From Eubacteriales bacterium (GTDB lineage: Bacteria; Bacillota; Clostridia; Oscillospirales; CAG-272): a stretch of DNA of 35,958 bases. This document shows positions 1-7,563 of the stretch, piece by piece; within the stretch, counting starts at the first letter, position 1, and every line of letters begins with the position of its first letter. Below the pieces are notes generated by a model. The model did no database searches and had not been told where the DNA came from. It saw only the letters and a list, made by a program, of their open reading frames with translations. Location: the NCBI GenBank assembly GCA_045533755.1, contig JAZSIJ010000010.1, positions 1 to 35,958 on the forward strand. The letters are read 5' to 3'. Position numbers and translations under genes: made by a program.

Positions 1-8
1 TATTTCGC

Positions 9-97
9 GACATTTTGTCTGTTGAAAAGAGACATTTTGTCTGTTGAAACACGACATTTTGTCTGTTGAGAGATGTTAAGAGCTGTTGAGAGATGTT
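9..97. repeat. Tandem direct repeats, 22-bp period (GACATTTTGTCTGTTGA x3) followed by CTGTTGAGAGATGTT x2
   Basis: Copies start at 9, 31 and 53; the second motif is at 63-77 and 83-97. Confidence 0.85.
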
Positions 98-133
98 GAA
101 AACCACTATGTAGCAAAGTCCGGCAAAACGGCT

Positions 134-466
134 TTATTTGCATACCACAATTTCGCAGGGCTTTCCCACCTTTTCGGCGTATTTTATGACAGAGAGCGTC
201 CCTTTTGAGCTTCCGTTCCAAAAGACGAGAACCTTATCGGCATAGTCCACTATCAGCTTATTTCTGACTATTGGCGCGGCGCGTCCGTAAAGCTTGTATT
301 CGGGCAAAAATTCGGTGAGCTTCAAGCCCTCTCTGTTCGCATACTCTGCCGCGCAGGTATCAACTCCGACAGCACCGCCCGACACGATTTCATTCACTTC
401 CTTTGATATATAGGGCGCCAAGTCAACCTTCGTGATATTTCTCGAGCCTATAACCGCTAATTTCAT
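134..466 (-). CDS. SLOG-superfamily protein (DUF2493/YspA/DprA-like Rossmann fold)
   Basis: Motifs AVIGSR, IVSGGAxGVD, APIVRNKLIVDYAD and FWNGSSKGT; start moved to ATG 466 behind a GGGAGG RBS. Confidence 0.75.
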   Translation of the reverse strand: MKLAVIGSRNITKVDLAPYISKEVNEIVSGGAVGVDTCAAEYANREGLKLTEFLPEYKLYGRAAPIVRNKLIVDYADKVLVFWNGSSKGTLSVIKYAEKVGKPCEIVVCK

Positions 467-577
467 ACTTTTTTCCTCCCGGTGAACACATTTTAAATGC
501 ATTATGTGTTTACATTTAACATTTTACCATAAAATAGGTGTAAAGTAAATATGTAATGAATTTATTTTGAGGTTATT

Positions 578-748
578 ATGGCTATAAAAAGTTTATCTAT
601 AAGGATTGAAGAGGAAATGCTCGACAAATTGCACGTGATTGCAGACTACGAGGGCAGAAGCGCAAACAGTCAGATACTCGTGCTTATACGCGACCTCGTC
701 GAAGCCTACGAGCAAAAGCACGGAGAGATAAAAACAGGAAAAAGATAA
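578..748 (+). CDS. Arc-family ribbon-helix-helix DNA-binding protein (56 aa, not in ORF track)
   Basis: Hand translation MAIKSLSIRIEEEMLDKLHVIADYEGRSANSQILVLIRDLVEAYEQKHGEIKTGKR; Arc pattern SIRI...L...A..EGRS.N.QI; GAGG RBS. Confidence 0.85.
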   Translation: MAIKSLSIRIEEEMLDKLHVIADYEGRSANSQILVLIRDLVEAYEQKHGEIKTGKR

Positions 749-769
749 TTAAATAAGATTTACGGATTT

Positions 770-800
770 GAGCAGGCACGCTTTGTGCCTGCTCTTTTTT
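770..800 (+). terminator. Rho-independent terminator after arc-like gene
   Basis: GAGCAGGCAC-GCTTT-GTGCCTGCTC followed by T6. Confidence 0.85.
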
Positions 801-813
801 ATTCGCCTCCCGA

Positions 814-901
814 TTGTGCAAATTGCACAAGTTTTTGATTGGAATATGCCGGTTTTTTAGAAGCCACCTATACTTACACGGCGAAAAAAATGCGGTATAA
901 T
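814..901 (+). promoter_or_regulatory. Palindromic operator-like site and putative sigma-A promoter for the phage-like operon
   Basis: TTGTGCA-AAT-TGCACAA at 814-830; CTTACA (873-878), 17 bp, TATAAT (896-901). Confidence 0.5.
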
Positions 902-1127
902 GGTCTTGCCAAGGCAAAACGGCGGGGCGAGATGCCGAAGAGGCGACGCTCTGCCGAGCTCACAGCGGTTGCAAACGAGGTGAGCAAAAAAACGACGCAG
1001 AGAACACGCGGCGAGCCGGCGCAGACAAGACCAAACGCTGCAGACAAGACGCGGCAAAGTGCCGAAGCCAAGCAAAGCGGCAGAGGCAAGGCGCCTCCTG
1101 CGGTGCGGTATAGGAAGGAGGGAGAAA

Positions 1128-1445
1128 ATGAAGTATTCGAAGGATTTGCCGAGAAAAATGTACCTTTACTTTACAGGGTACTCTGAATCGGTGGGAGCTC
1201 CGAGCTTTCAAAAATTTGCGAGAAGTGTTGGCGCGACGGTAGCCGAGCTTGAGTCTTTCAGAAAAAGGCGCAGGTTTGAGCTCGCGTGGCGCGAATGTCT
1301 TGAGATCAGAAGAGATTATCTTATTGACTCGGCGCTCTCACGGCGATTTGACCCATCGTTTACGAAGTTCCTTCTCTCCGATGAGGCGGCAGAGGGCGGT
1401 GCGGAGGACGGCAGTCTCTCGGTATTACTGGAGGTGATAGAGTGA
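1128..1445 (+). CDS. Terminase small subunit (P22 gp3-like DNA packaging protein)
   Basis: Directly upstream of and overlapping terL; PSFQKFARSVG...F..A...LIDSAL...F.KFLL pattern; AGGAGG RBS before ATG 1128. Confidence 0.65.
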   Translation: MKYSKDLPRKMYLYFTGYSESVGAPSFQKFARSVGATVAELESFRKRRRFELAWRECLEIRRDYLIDSALSRRFDPSFTKFLLSDEAAEGGAEDGSLSVLLEVIE

Positions 1446-2803
1446 GGTTAAATTTGGCTGTGACTAAAAAGCAAAAGGCGTTTATCGACGCTGTGGAGTC
1501 GGAGGTTCTCTTCGGCGGGGCAGCCGGCGGCGGTAAATCCTACGGTCAGGTTGTTGACGCTCTGCTTTTTGCCCTCAAATACCCGGGCTCAAAGCAGCTT
1601 ATACTCCGCCGCACCTACGCCGAGCTTGACAAGTCGCTGATAAGACTTGCCCTCGCGCTGTATCCGCGTGAAATTTTCACGCTCAACTCCTCCTCACACA
1701 CGGGAAGGTTCAAGAACGGCTCGCTTCTCGACTTCGGCTACTGCGCGGCTGAAAACGATGTCTATCAGTATCAGTCGGCAGAGTACGATGCCGTAAGATT
1801 CGACGAGCTGACGCACTTCACCGAGTCGCAGTATCTATACCTTATCTCGCGTGTCCGAGGCGCAAACTCCTTTCCGAAGCAGATAAAGTCCTCGACCAAC
1901 CCCGGCGGTGTCGGACACGCGTAGGTGAAATCGCGGTTCGTTGACCCTGCGCCGAAAAATTCCTCCTTTGTTGGCAGGGACGGTATGCGGCGGATATTCA
2001 TTCCCTCTCTGCTTTCGGACAACCGCTTTCTCCTGGAACGAGACCCCTCCTACCGTGAGAGGCTCACGGCGCTTCCCGAGCGTGAAAAGCGCGCTCTCCT
2101 TTACGGCGACTGGGACATCTTCGAGGGGCAATACTTCACCGAGTTCGACAGGGCGCGTCATCTGACAGAGGCCTTCGAGATACCGCGCGAGTGGCGAAAA
2201 TACAGAACTATCGACTACGGTCTTGACCGCCTGGCGTGTCTGTGGATAGCCATAAGCCCCGACGGGTGTGCCTACGTCTACCGAGAATACTGCGAGTCAA
2301 ATCTGCCGATAAGCGAGGCGGCACGAGCAATAACCGAGAGAACTCCGCCCGCAGAGAACATATACGCGACGCTCGCTCCCCCTGACCTTTGGTCGAGAAG
2401 TCAGGAGACGGGAAAGAGCAAGGCGGGAATTTTCGCAGAATACGGCGTCAGCCTAACCAAGACCTCAAACGACAGGGAGTGCGGCTGGCTTGCCGTAAAG
2501 GAGCTGCTCTGCGGAAGCGGAAAAATGCGCCTATCCTTCTTTGACAACTGCTGTGAGATTATACGCTGTCTGCCCGCGCTGGTGGTGGATAAGCTCCGTC
2601 CCACCGACTGCTCGACCGAGCCTCACGCGATAACCCATGCGCCCGACGCTCTGCGCGGCTTTGCAATCTATCACGCAAGACCCGAGAGAAGCATTCGGGT
2701 AGAGCCCCGCGTTGCTTGGTCGCGCGATATGTGGGAGGACTATCACAGAGCAAGCGAGGAGGAGAAAATTTATTTAAGACGAAGATACGGAGAACCAAAT
2801 TGA
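1442..2803 (+). pseudogene. terL: Terminase large subunit interrupted by one in-frame TAG (1922-1924)
   Basis: Walker A GGAAGGGKS, Walker B RFDELTHF, coupling motif STNPGGVGHA*VKSRF, nuclease motifs IDYG and HAPDALR; both ORF-track halves are in the same frame. Confidence 0.85.
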
Positions 2804-4548
2804 AAACCGAAACAACATCTAAAGAAGCGCGCCTTGAGTTCTTCAGGGAGCTTTACGAGCGCGCAAGGTCGGCGTCCCTCGAGCTGTACGGGGAGCTTGA
2901 CCGCCATTTTGCACAATACAAGGGCTCGCGCGAGATAGACGGCTCCGAGGAGCAGGCGCTGACGGTAAGGAACATCACCTACGAGGTGGTAGAGAGCCAG
3001 ATTTCCTCCGAAATCCCGATGCCCAAGGTCGACGCAGACCTATACAGCAAGAGCCGTGACAAAAACGCTCACTCAATAGAGCTTCTCTGCGCCTCGCAAA
3101 GAGACAGGCTTCCATTCGAGCGAATGAACGACATCGACGAGCGCTACACCTATATATACGGCGGAAGCGTTTGGCTCGTGGAATGGGACAGCTCGCTCGC
3201 GGTTGGAGGTGAGAGGGGCGGTGTAAGAGTGCGCGCCATCTCACCGCTTGACTTCATACCCGAGCCCTGCGTCTATTCGGTAGAGGATATGGAATACTGC
3301 TTCGTACGCAGAGCTACGACTAGAGGAGAGATAGCACGCCGCTACTCTGTCGGCGAGGACGAGCTCTCGCGCCTTGAGTGCGAATACTCGGCTGATTCAG
3401 CCGAGAGCGAGGGCGATGCTATAACGCTCGTCACCTGCTTCTATCGCTCGGAGGACGGTGAGGTCGGCAGGTTCGTGTTCTCGGGAGAGGTTACTCTCTC
3501 CGACCTTCCGCGGTACTACGCGAGAAAGCTTATGACCTGCTCTGTCTGCGGCGGCAGCTTTGGAAATTGCTCCTGCGAGGACTCCGAGCCCGTGGTGTCG
3601 GAGGTAGAGTACGAGAGCGTAAGCCTTACCGCCGAGGAGGCGACGGGAATATTCGGTCAGGCTATATCGCGCCCCCTCGAGCTCTCGCTGCCCTACTACC
3701 TGCCGAAGCGCTTCCCTATTATCGTAAGGAAGAACACCTCGGTCGACGGTATGCTTCTCGGTCAGTCCGACTGCGAGTACATCCGCCCTCTTCAGCAGGC
3801 GATAAACAAGGTTGAGTCGAGGATACTTCAAAAGCTGCTTCGTGCCGGCATAACACCGATAATCCCCGAGGACGCGAGCATATCGCTGAACAACGCCGTC
3901 TTCGGTCAGGTGATAAGAATGAAGCCGGGCGAGAGCGCCGATATGTACGGAAAGGTGGACACCACCCCCGATATATCGCAGGATATTCTTGAGGCCGACA
4001 GACTCTACGAGCAGGCAAAGAGGGTTATAGGTATTTCCGACGCCTTCCAGGGCAACGATACTCTGAAAAGCGAGTCAGGCTATGCAAAGCAGCTTAGAAT
4101 CTCGCAGGCAAGCGGCCGTCTTGAATCCAAAAGACGAATGAAGAAGGCGGCTTATGCCGACATATACAGAGCTATATTCGAGCATTATCTCGCCTTTGCC
4201 GACGAGCCTCGAGAGCTATCCTATGCTGATTCGCTCGGAAACATACACGTAGAGTCCTTCAACCGACGCGACTTTATAGAGCTTGACACCCGTACGGGCA
4301 GGCTTCACTATTCCGACGCCTATCTCTTCTCCTCCGACTCGTCGGGCGAGGAATACAATCGCGATGCGCTATGGGAGAGAAATCTCGAAAATCTGAGGTC
4401 AGGAACGCTTGGCGACCCCGCCTCACCGAAAACGCTGCTCCGCTATTGGCAGAGCCAGGAGCGCGCCCACTACCCTTACGCACGTGAGAACGTAGAGTAT
4501 TTTACAGCACAACTCGAAGAAAGGAATAATTATGAAGAAAACCAATAA
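2800..4548 (+). CDS. Phage portal protein (P22-like) with a Cys-rich insert
   Basis: Follows terL with TTG start overlapping its TGA; size about 580 aa; motifs ISPLDFIPEP, FPII...LGQSDCEYIRPLQQAIN and GISDAFQG..SG.A. Confidence 0.8.
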   Translation: MKTETTSKEARLEFFRELYERARSASLELYGELDRHFAQYKGSREIDGSEEQALTVRNITYEVVESQISSEIPMPKVDADLYSKSRDKNAHSIELLCASQRDRLPFERMNDIDERYTYIYGGSVWLVEWDSSLAVGGERGGVRVRAISPLDFIPEPCVYSVEDMEYCFVRRATTRGEIARRYSVGEDELSRLECEYSADSAESEGDAITLVTCFYRSEDGEVGRFVFSGEVTLSDLPRYYARKLMTCSVCGGSFGNCSCEDSEPVVSEVEYESVSLTAEEATGIFGQAISRPLELSLPYYLPKRFPIIVRKNTSVDGMLLGQSDCEYIRPLQQAINKVESRILQKLLRAGITPIIPEDASISLNNAVFGQVIRMKPGESADMYGKVDTTPDISQDILEADRLYEQAKRVIGISDAFQGNDTLKSESGYAKQLRISQASGRLESKRRMKKAAYADIYRAIFEHYLAFADEPRELSYADSLGNIHVESFNRRDFIELDTRTGRLHYSDAYLFSSDSSGEEYNRDALWERNLENLRSGTLGDPASPKTLLRYWQSQERAHYPYARENVEYFTAQLEERNNYEENQ

Positions 4549-4663
4549 TCCCGGATACCGCCACAGCGGTGTCGAGAAAATTACCGCCAAAAATCCGCCG
4601 AAGGACGAGCCGCGCGCCGAGAGAAAAACGGCGAAAACCGACCTTCGCGTGAAGGGAGGCTGA
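4532..4663 (+). CDS. Small basic protein (43 aa, not in ORF track)
   Basis: AAAGGA RBS; MKKTNNPGYRHSGVEKITAKNPPKDEPRAERKTAKTDLRVKGG fills the portal-scaffold gap. Confidence 0.6.
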   Translation: MKKTNNPGYRHSGVEKITAKNPPKDEPRAERKTAKTDLRVKGG

Positions 4664-4667
4664 TCAA

Positions 4668-5093
4668 ATGGAGGAAATCAGAATGGAGGAGAGCGAGCTC
4701 GCCCCCGACACCGTTACCGAAGACACCGCAGGCGAGGGTGCGCCTTCGCCCGTCGGCGAAGAGTCTGTGCCTCCCCGCGAGGAGCTTATCCGACTTGCAG
4801 AGAGCTTCCCCGAAATTCTTGCCTCTGAAAATGCGGCGGACGTTATGAATCTCGACAGGTACGCCGAGCTTCGACGTCTTGGTCTCTCCGAGCGTGAGGC
4901 ATACCTCGCTACGAGAAGCGTCACGGTGCGCGAGGACAACCGCGCGCATCTCTCTCCAACCGTAACGCGAGAGGCCAAGGGTCCCGGGTCGGCTATGCCG
5001 GAGGGCGAGCTTCGCGCTTGCCGAGAGCTCTTCTTCGGAATGAGCGACGCCGAAATAAGGCGCTTGTATAAAAAGGTATGCGCGCAGCCGTAA
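4668..5093 (+). CDS. Putative capsid scaffolding protein
   Basis: Acidic low-complexity N-terminus, helical C-terminus, position between portal and capsid genes, GGGAGG RBS. Confidence 0.55.
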   Translation: MEEIRMEESELAPDTVTEDTAGEGAPSPVGEESVPPREELIRLAESFPEILASENAADVMNLDRYAELRRLGLSEREAYLATRSVTVREDNRAHLSPTVTREAKGPGSAMPEGELRACRELFFGMSDAEIRRLYKKVCAQP

Positions 5094-5136
5094 ATTTGTC
5101 ATACGGCAACACAACAGACAGAAAGGATAATTTAAA

Positions 5137-5547
5137 ATGTTCAAATTGAAAAAGATACTCAATTCGGGCGTAAACGTACCCGAGCCCGAAATAGTTCATG
5201 CACAGCCGTCCATCGACTTGGCTGCCGGCTCAACAGCCTACTCCAATGCAGGCACCCTCACCAGAGGAGGTGCTACGACAAAGCCCACTCACGTACTTAT
5301 TCGCACTAAGGAAAAGGGCACGGAGCAGGCACTCTGCTACAGAATAACCCCCGAAATGATATTCGAGGTCGAGGTCGTTGGCGATAACATCGGAGAGATT
5401 TACGCAGGCGACAGCATCTGTCTCTATCAAGAGGGCGCCGAAGGCTACTCGAAGTGCTGTGACACCTTCGAGGGTGGCGTTGCCCTCATCAAGGATAAAA
5501 ACGGTGCGACCAAAAGCGGCGACACCATATACGTATCCTTCGAATAA
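5137..5547 (+). CDS. Putative head decoration/cement protein
   Basis: 136-aa beta-rich protein just upstream of the major capsid gene; AAAGGA RBS. Confidence 0.45.
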   Translation: MFKLKKILNSGVNVPEPEIVHAQPSIDLAAGSTAYSNAGTLTRGGATTKPTHVLIRTKEKGTEQALCYRITPEMIFEVEVVGDNIGEIYAGDSICLYQEGAEGYSKCCDTFEGGVALIKDKNGATKSGDTIYVSFE

Positions 5548-5571
5548 GTGAAATAAGAAAGGAAGAAATAA

Positions 5572-6630
5572 ATGATAATATATTCCAAGTCATCCGGACT
5601 TAATCCCGGAGCATACGGCAGACTCGAAACTCCCATTAAGATGGTTATCGAGCACGAGAGCGATATTCAGACCAAAAAGGGAGGCATTTGCTCCTGGCTC
5701 TTCAACGTAGAGCGCAGCAACAAGTTCGGCGAGACCATTATCGGTCAAAACGAGTTCGACGTGTTCGCTGCGGCGCTTGAGGGCGCGGGAGCAGAGAATG
5801 ACACCATCGTTGAGACCTACCGCAAGTTCATTGAGCACATTCAGTTTATGAAGGAGTTCACCGTCACCGCGGAGATGATGGAGGACGCCGGCTACGGCGT
5901 TGCTCAGGATACCAAGCGCCGTGCAGAAAACTTCACGAGAGCCTACTACAAGACCATAAACAAAATCTGCGAGTTCGCCCTCGCTAACGGTACCTCTGAG
6001 GCGGGCAGCTTCGCAAGAGCAAAGCTCGACCTCACCGCACCCGACGGTCTTCCTCTCTTTAACTCCGAGCACGTTTGGGGCACTAACGGAAATAGCGGCA
6101 AGCAGTCGAACTTCTTCTGGGGCGATATTTTCAAGAGCGGTGCAGGAGACTCAAGAGCGGCAAGAGCCGAGGTATTTGAGGAGGCACTCGCCGCCCTCTC
6201 GACCAAAATCAGAAATATGAAGGACGAAAACGGCGATATTCTCGGATACACCGCCGACACCATAATCCTCCCCGGCAACCGCCTCGTGTCCGAGTCCATT
6301 GCAAAGAAGGTGTGCGGCACCGAGTTCACCCTCGGGACAGCCAACAACGACATCAACCTTCAGTACGGCAACTGGAACATCGTCATTATGCCTAACTGGC
6401 AGACCGAGGACGACAGAGTTATGATAATGTCGAGCGAGGCCAACAAGCACCTTGCCGGCAATATGTTCTTCAACCGCGTTCCCCTCACCGTAACGAATTG
6501 GGTTGACCATCACACCGGCAACTACATCTGGAACGGCAGGTGCCGCTTCGGCGTGGGCTTCGGCAGCTACAAGCACATTCTTCTTGCTGTTGATTCGGCG
6601 TCTGCCGTAGAGGGCGCAAGCGCGCTTTGA
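5572..6630 (+). CDS. Major capsid protein (HK97 fold, Mu gpT-like family)
   Basis: 352 aa; EGA....D, FTVTAEMMED, DGLPLFNSEH and terminal RFGVGF motifs; strongly biased codons suggest high expression. Confidence 0.8.
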   Translation: MIIYSKSSGLNPGAYGRLETPIKMVIEHESDIQTKKGGICSWLFNVERSNKFGETIIGQNEFDVFAAALEGAGAENDTIVETYRKFIEHIQFMKEFTVTAEMMEDAGYGVAQDTKRRAENFTRAYYKTINKICEFALANGTSEAGSFARAKLDLTAPDGLPLFNSEHVWGTNGNSGKQSNFFWGDIFKSGAGDSRAARAEVFEEALAALSTKIRNMKDENGDILGYTADTIILPGNRLVSESIAKKVCGTEFTLGTANNDINLQYGNWNIVIMPNWQTEDDRVMIMSSEANKHLAGNMFFNRVPLTVTNWVDHHTGNYIWNGRCRFGVGFGSYKHILLAVDSASAVEGASAL

Positions 6631-6729
6631 TAAAGAGCCTCGGCTAATCAATGCCCGAGACCTTTAATCAAAGAGCCGAGGCCACAGGGATTTTCCTCGG
6701 TGGCTTCGGCAAAAGAAAGGAGCAAAAAT

Positions 6730-7563
6730 ATGACTTTAAACCAACTTAAATCGGCAGTTTCGGCTCTTCTGTCCGAGGCTGTGACCGAGCGAGACCCAAT
6801 ATTTCTCGGCGCGGCAAACCGCTCTCTCGAAATGCTCTTTCGCGAGCTTCCCTCTCTGAAGCTATTGACGCTTCCCGTAACCAAGACGGGCTCGACGCTT
6901 CTTGCAGAAAAGGTCGAGCACTCGGCAGGAGAGAAAATTTCCTTCAAGCTTTCGGCAGACGCTTATTCCTTTAAGGTCGCAGGCAGAGGAAGATACACCG
7001 TCCGTGACTCCTCGGGCGAGGTGGAAAGAGACTTTGACACTCCCCTCTCTACCCTTCGCGGCTTTATTTCGGGGTGCTCGGGCGAGATAGTCTTTGAGGG
7101 CGATTATCGCTACACGGTATTTGCTCTTACGGTCTTTAACGGCATTGTCGGGCAAAGCCTCGAGGATATTCCCGACGGCTCGGGGGAGAGGGTAGTCGCT
7201 GCCGACGATTATGCCGACGACATTCTCTCGCTTTGCACAGAGGCAAAAGACGCTTCGGGAAGAATAGTTTCGGGGGCAAAGGTCGTGGGTAGGAGCGTTG
7301 TATTCCCGAAGGATTATTCGGGGCTTGTTACGCTCTCTTACGAAAGGCGTCCCGCACCGATTACCGAAAGCTCGGTATTCATTGACGCCGAGCCCGACGC
7401 AGCCTCCGTCCTTCCACTTCTCACAGCATATTTTCTCACGCTTGAGGAGGACTGTGACAGAGCCGGAGAATACCTCTCTCTTGCGCGCGACGGGATAAAG
7501 AGCCTTCTCGCGCGCAGAGCGCGCACCGACCTTGAATATACCGACGTTACGGGGTGGGCGTGA
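6730..7563 (+). CDS. Putative head-tail adaptor (tail tubular A / P22 gp4-like)
   Basis: MTLNQLK...LL N-terminus and Y.RRP..IT...D.....LPLL.AY C-terminal pattern; follows capsid gene; AAGGAG RBS before ATG 6730. Confidence 0.55.
   Translation: MTLNQLKSAVSALLSEAVTERDPIFLGAANRSLEMLFRELPSLKLLTLPVTKTGSTLLAEKVEHSAGEKISFKLSADAYSFKVAGRGRYTVRDSSGEVERDFDTPLSTLRGFISGCSGEIVFEGDYRYTVFALTVFNGIVGQSLEDIPDGSGERVVAADDYADDILSLCTEAKDASGRIVSGAKVVGRSVVFPKDYSGLVTLSYERRPAPITESSVFIDAEPDAASVLPLLTAYFLTLEEDCDRAGEYLSLARDGIKSLLARRARTDLEYTDVTGWA

Noticed and set aside
9-97. CRISPR array
   Set aside because: Repeats are nearly contiguous with 5-nt linkers, there are no spacer-sized unique sequences, and no cas genes are present
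839-1186. ORF in the operon leader
   Set aside because: Spans the predicted promoter, lacks a clear RBS, is low-complexity and overlaps terS out of frame
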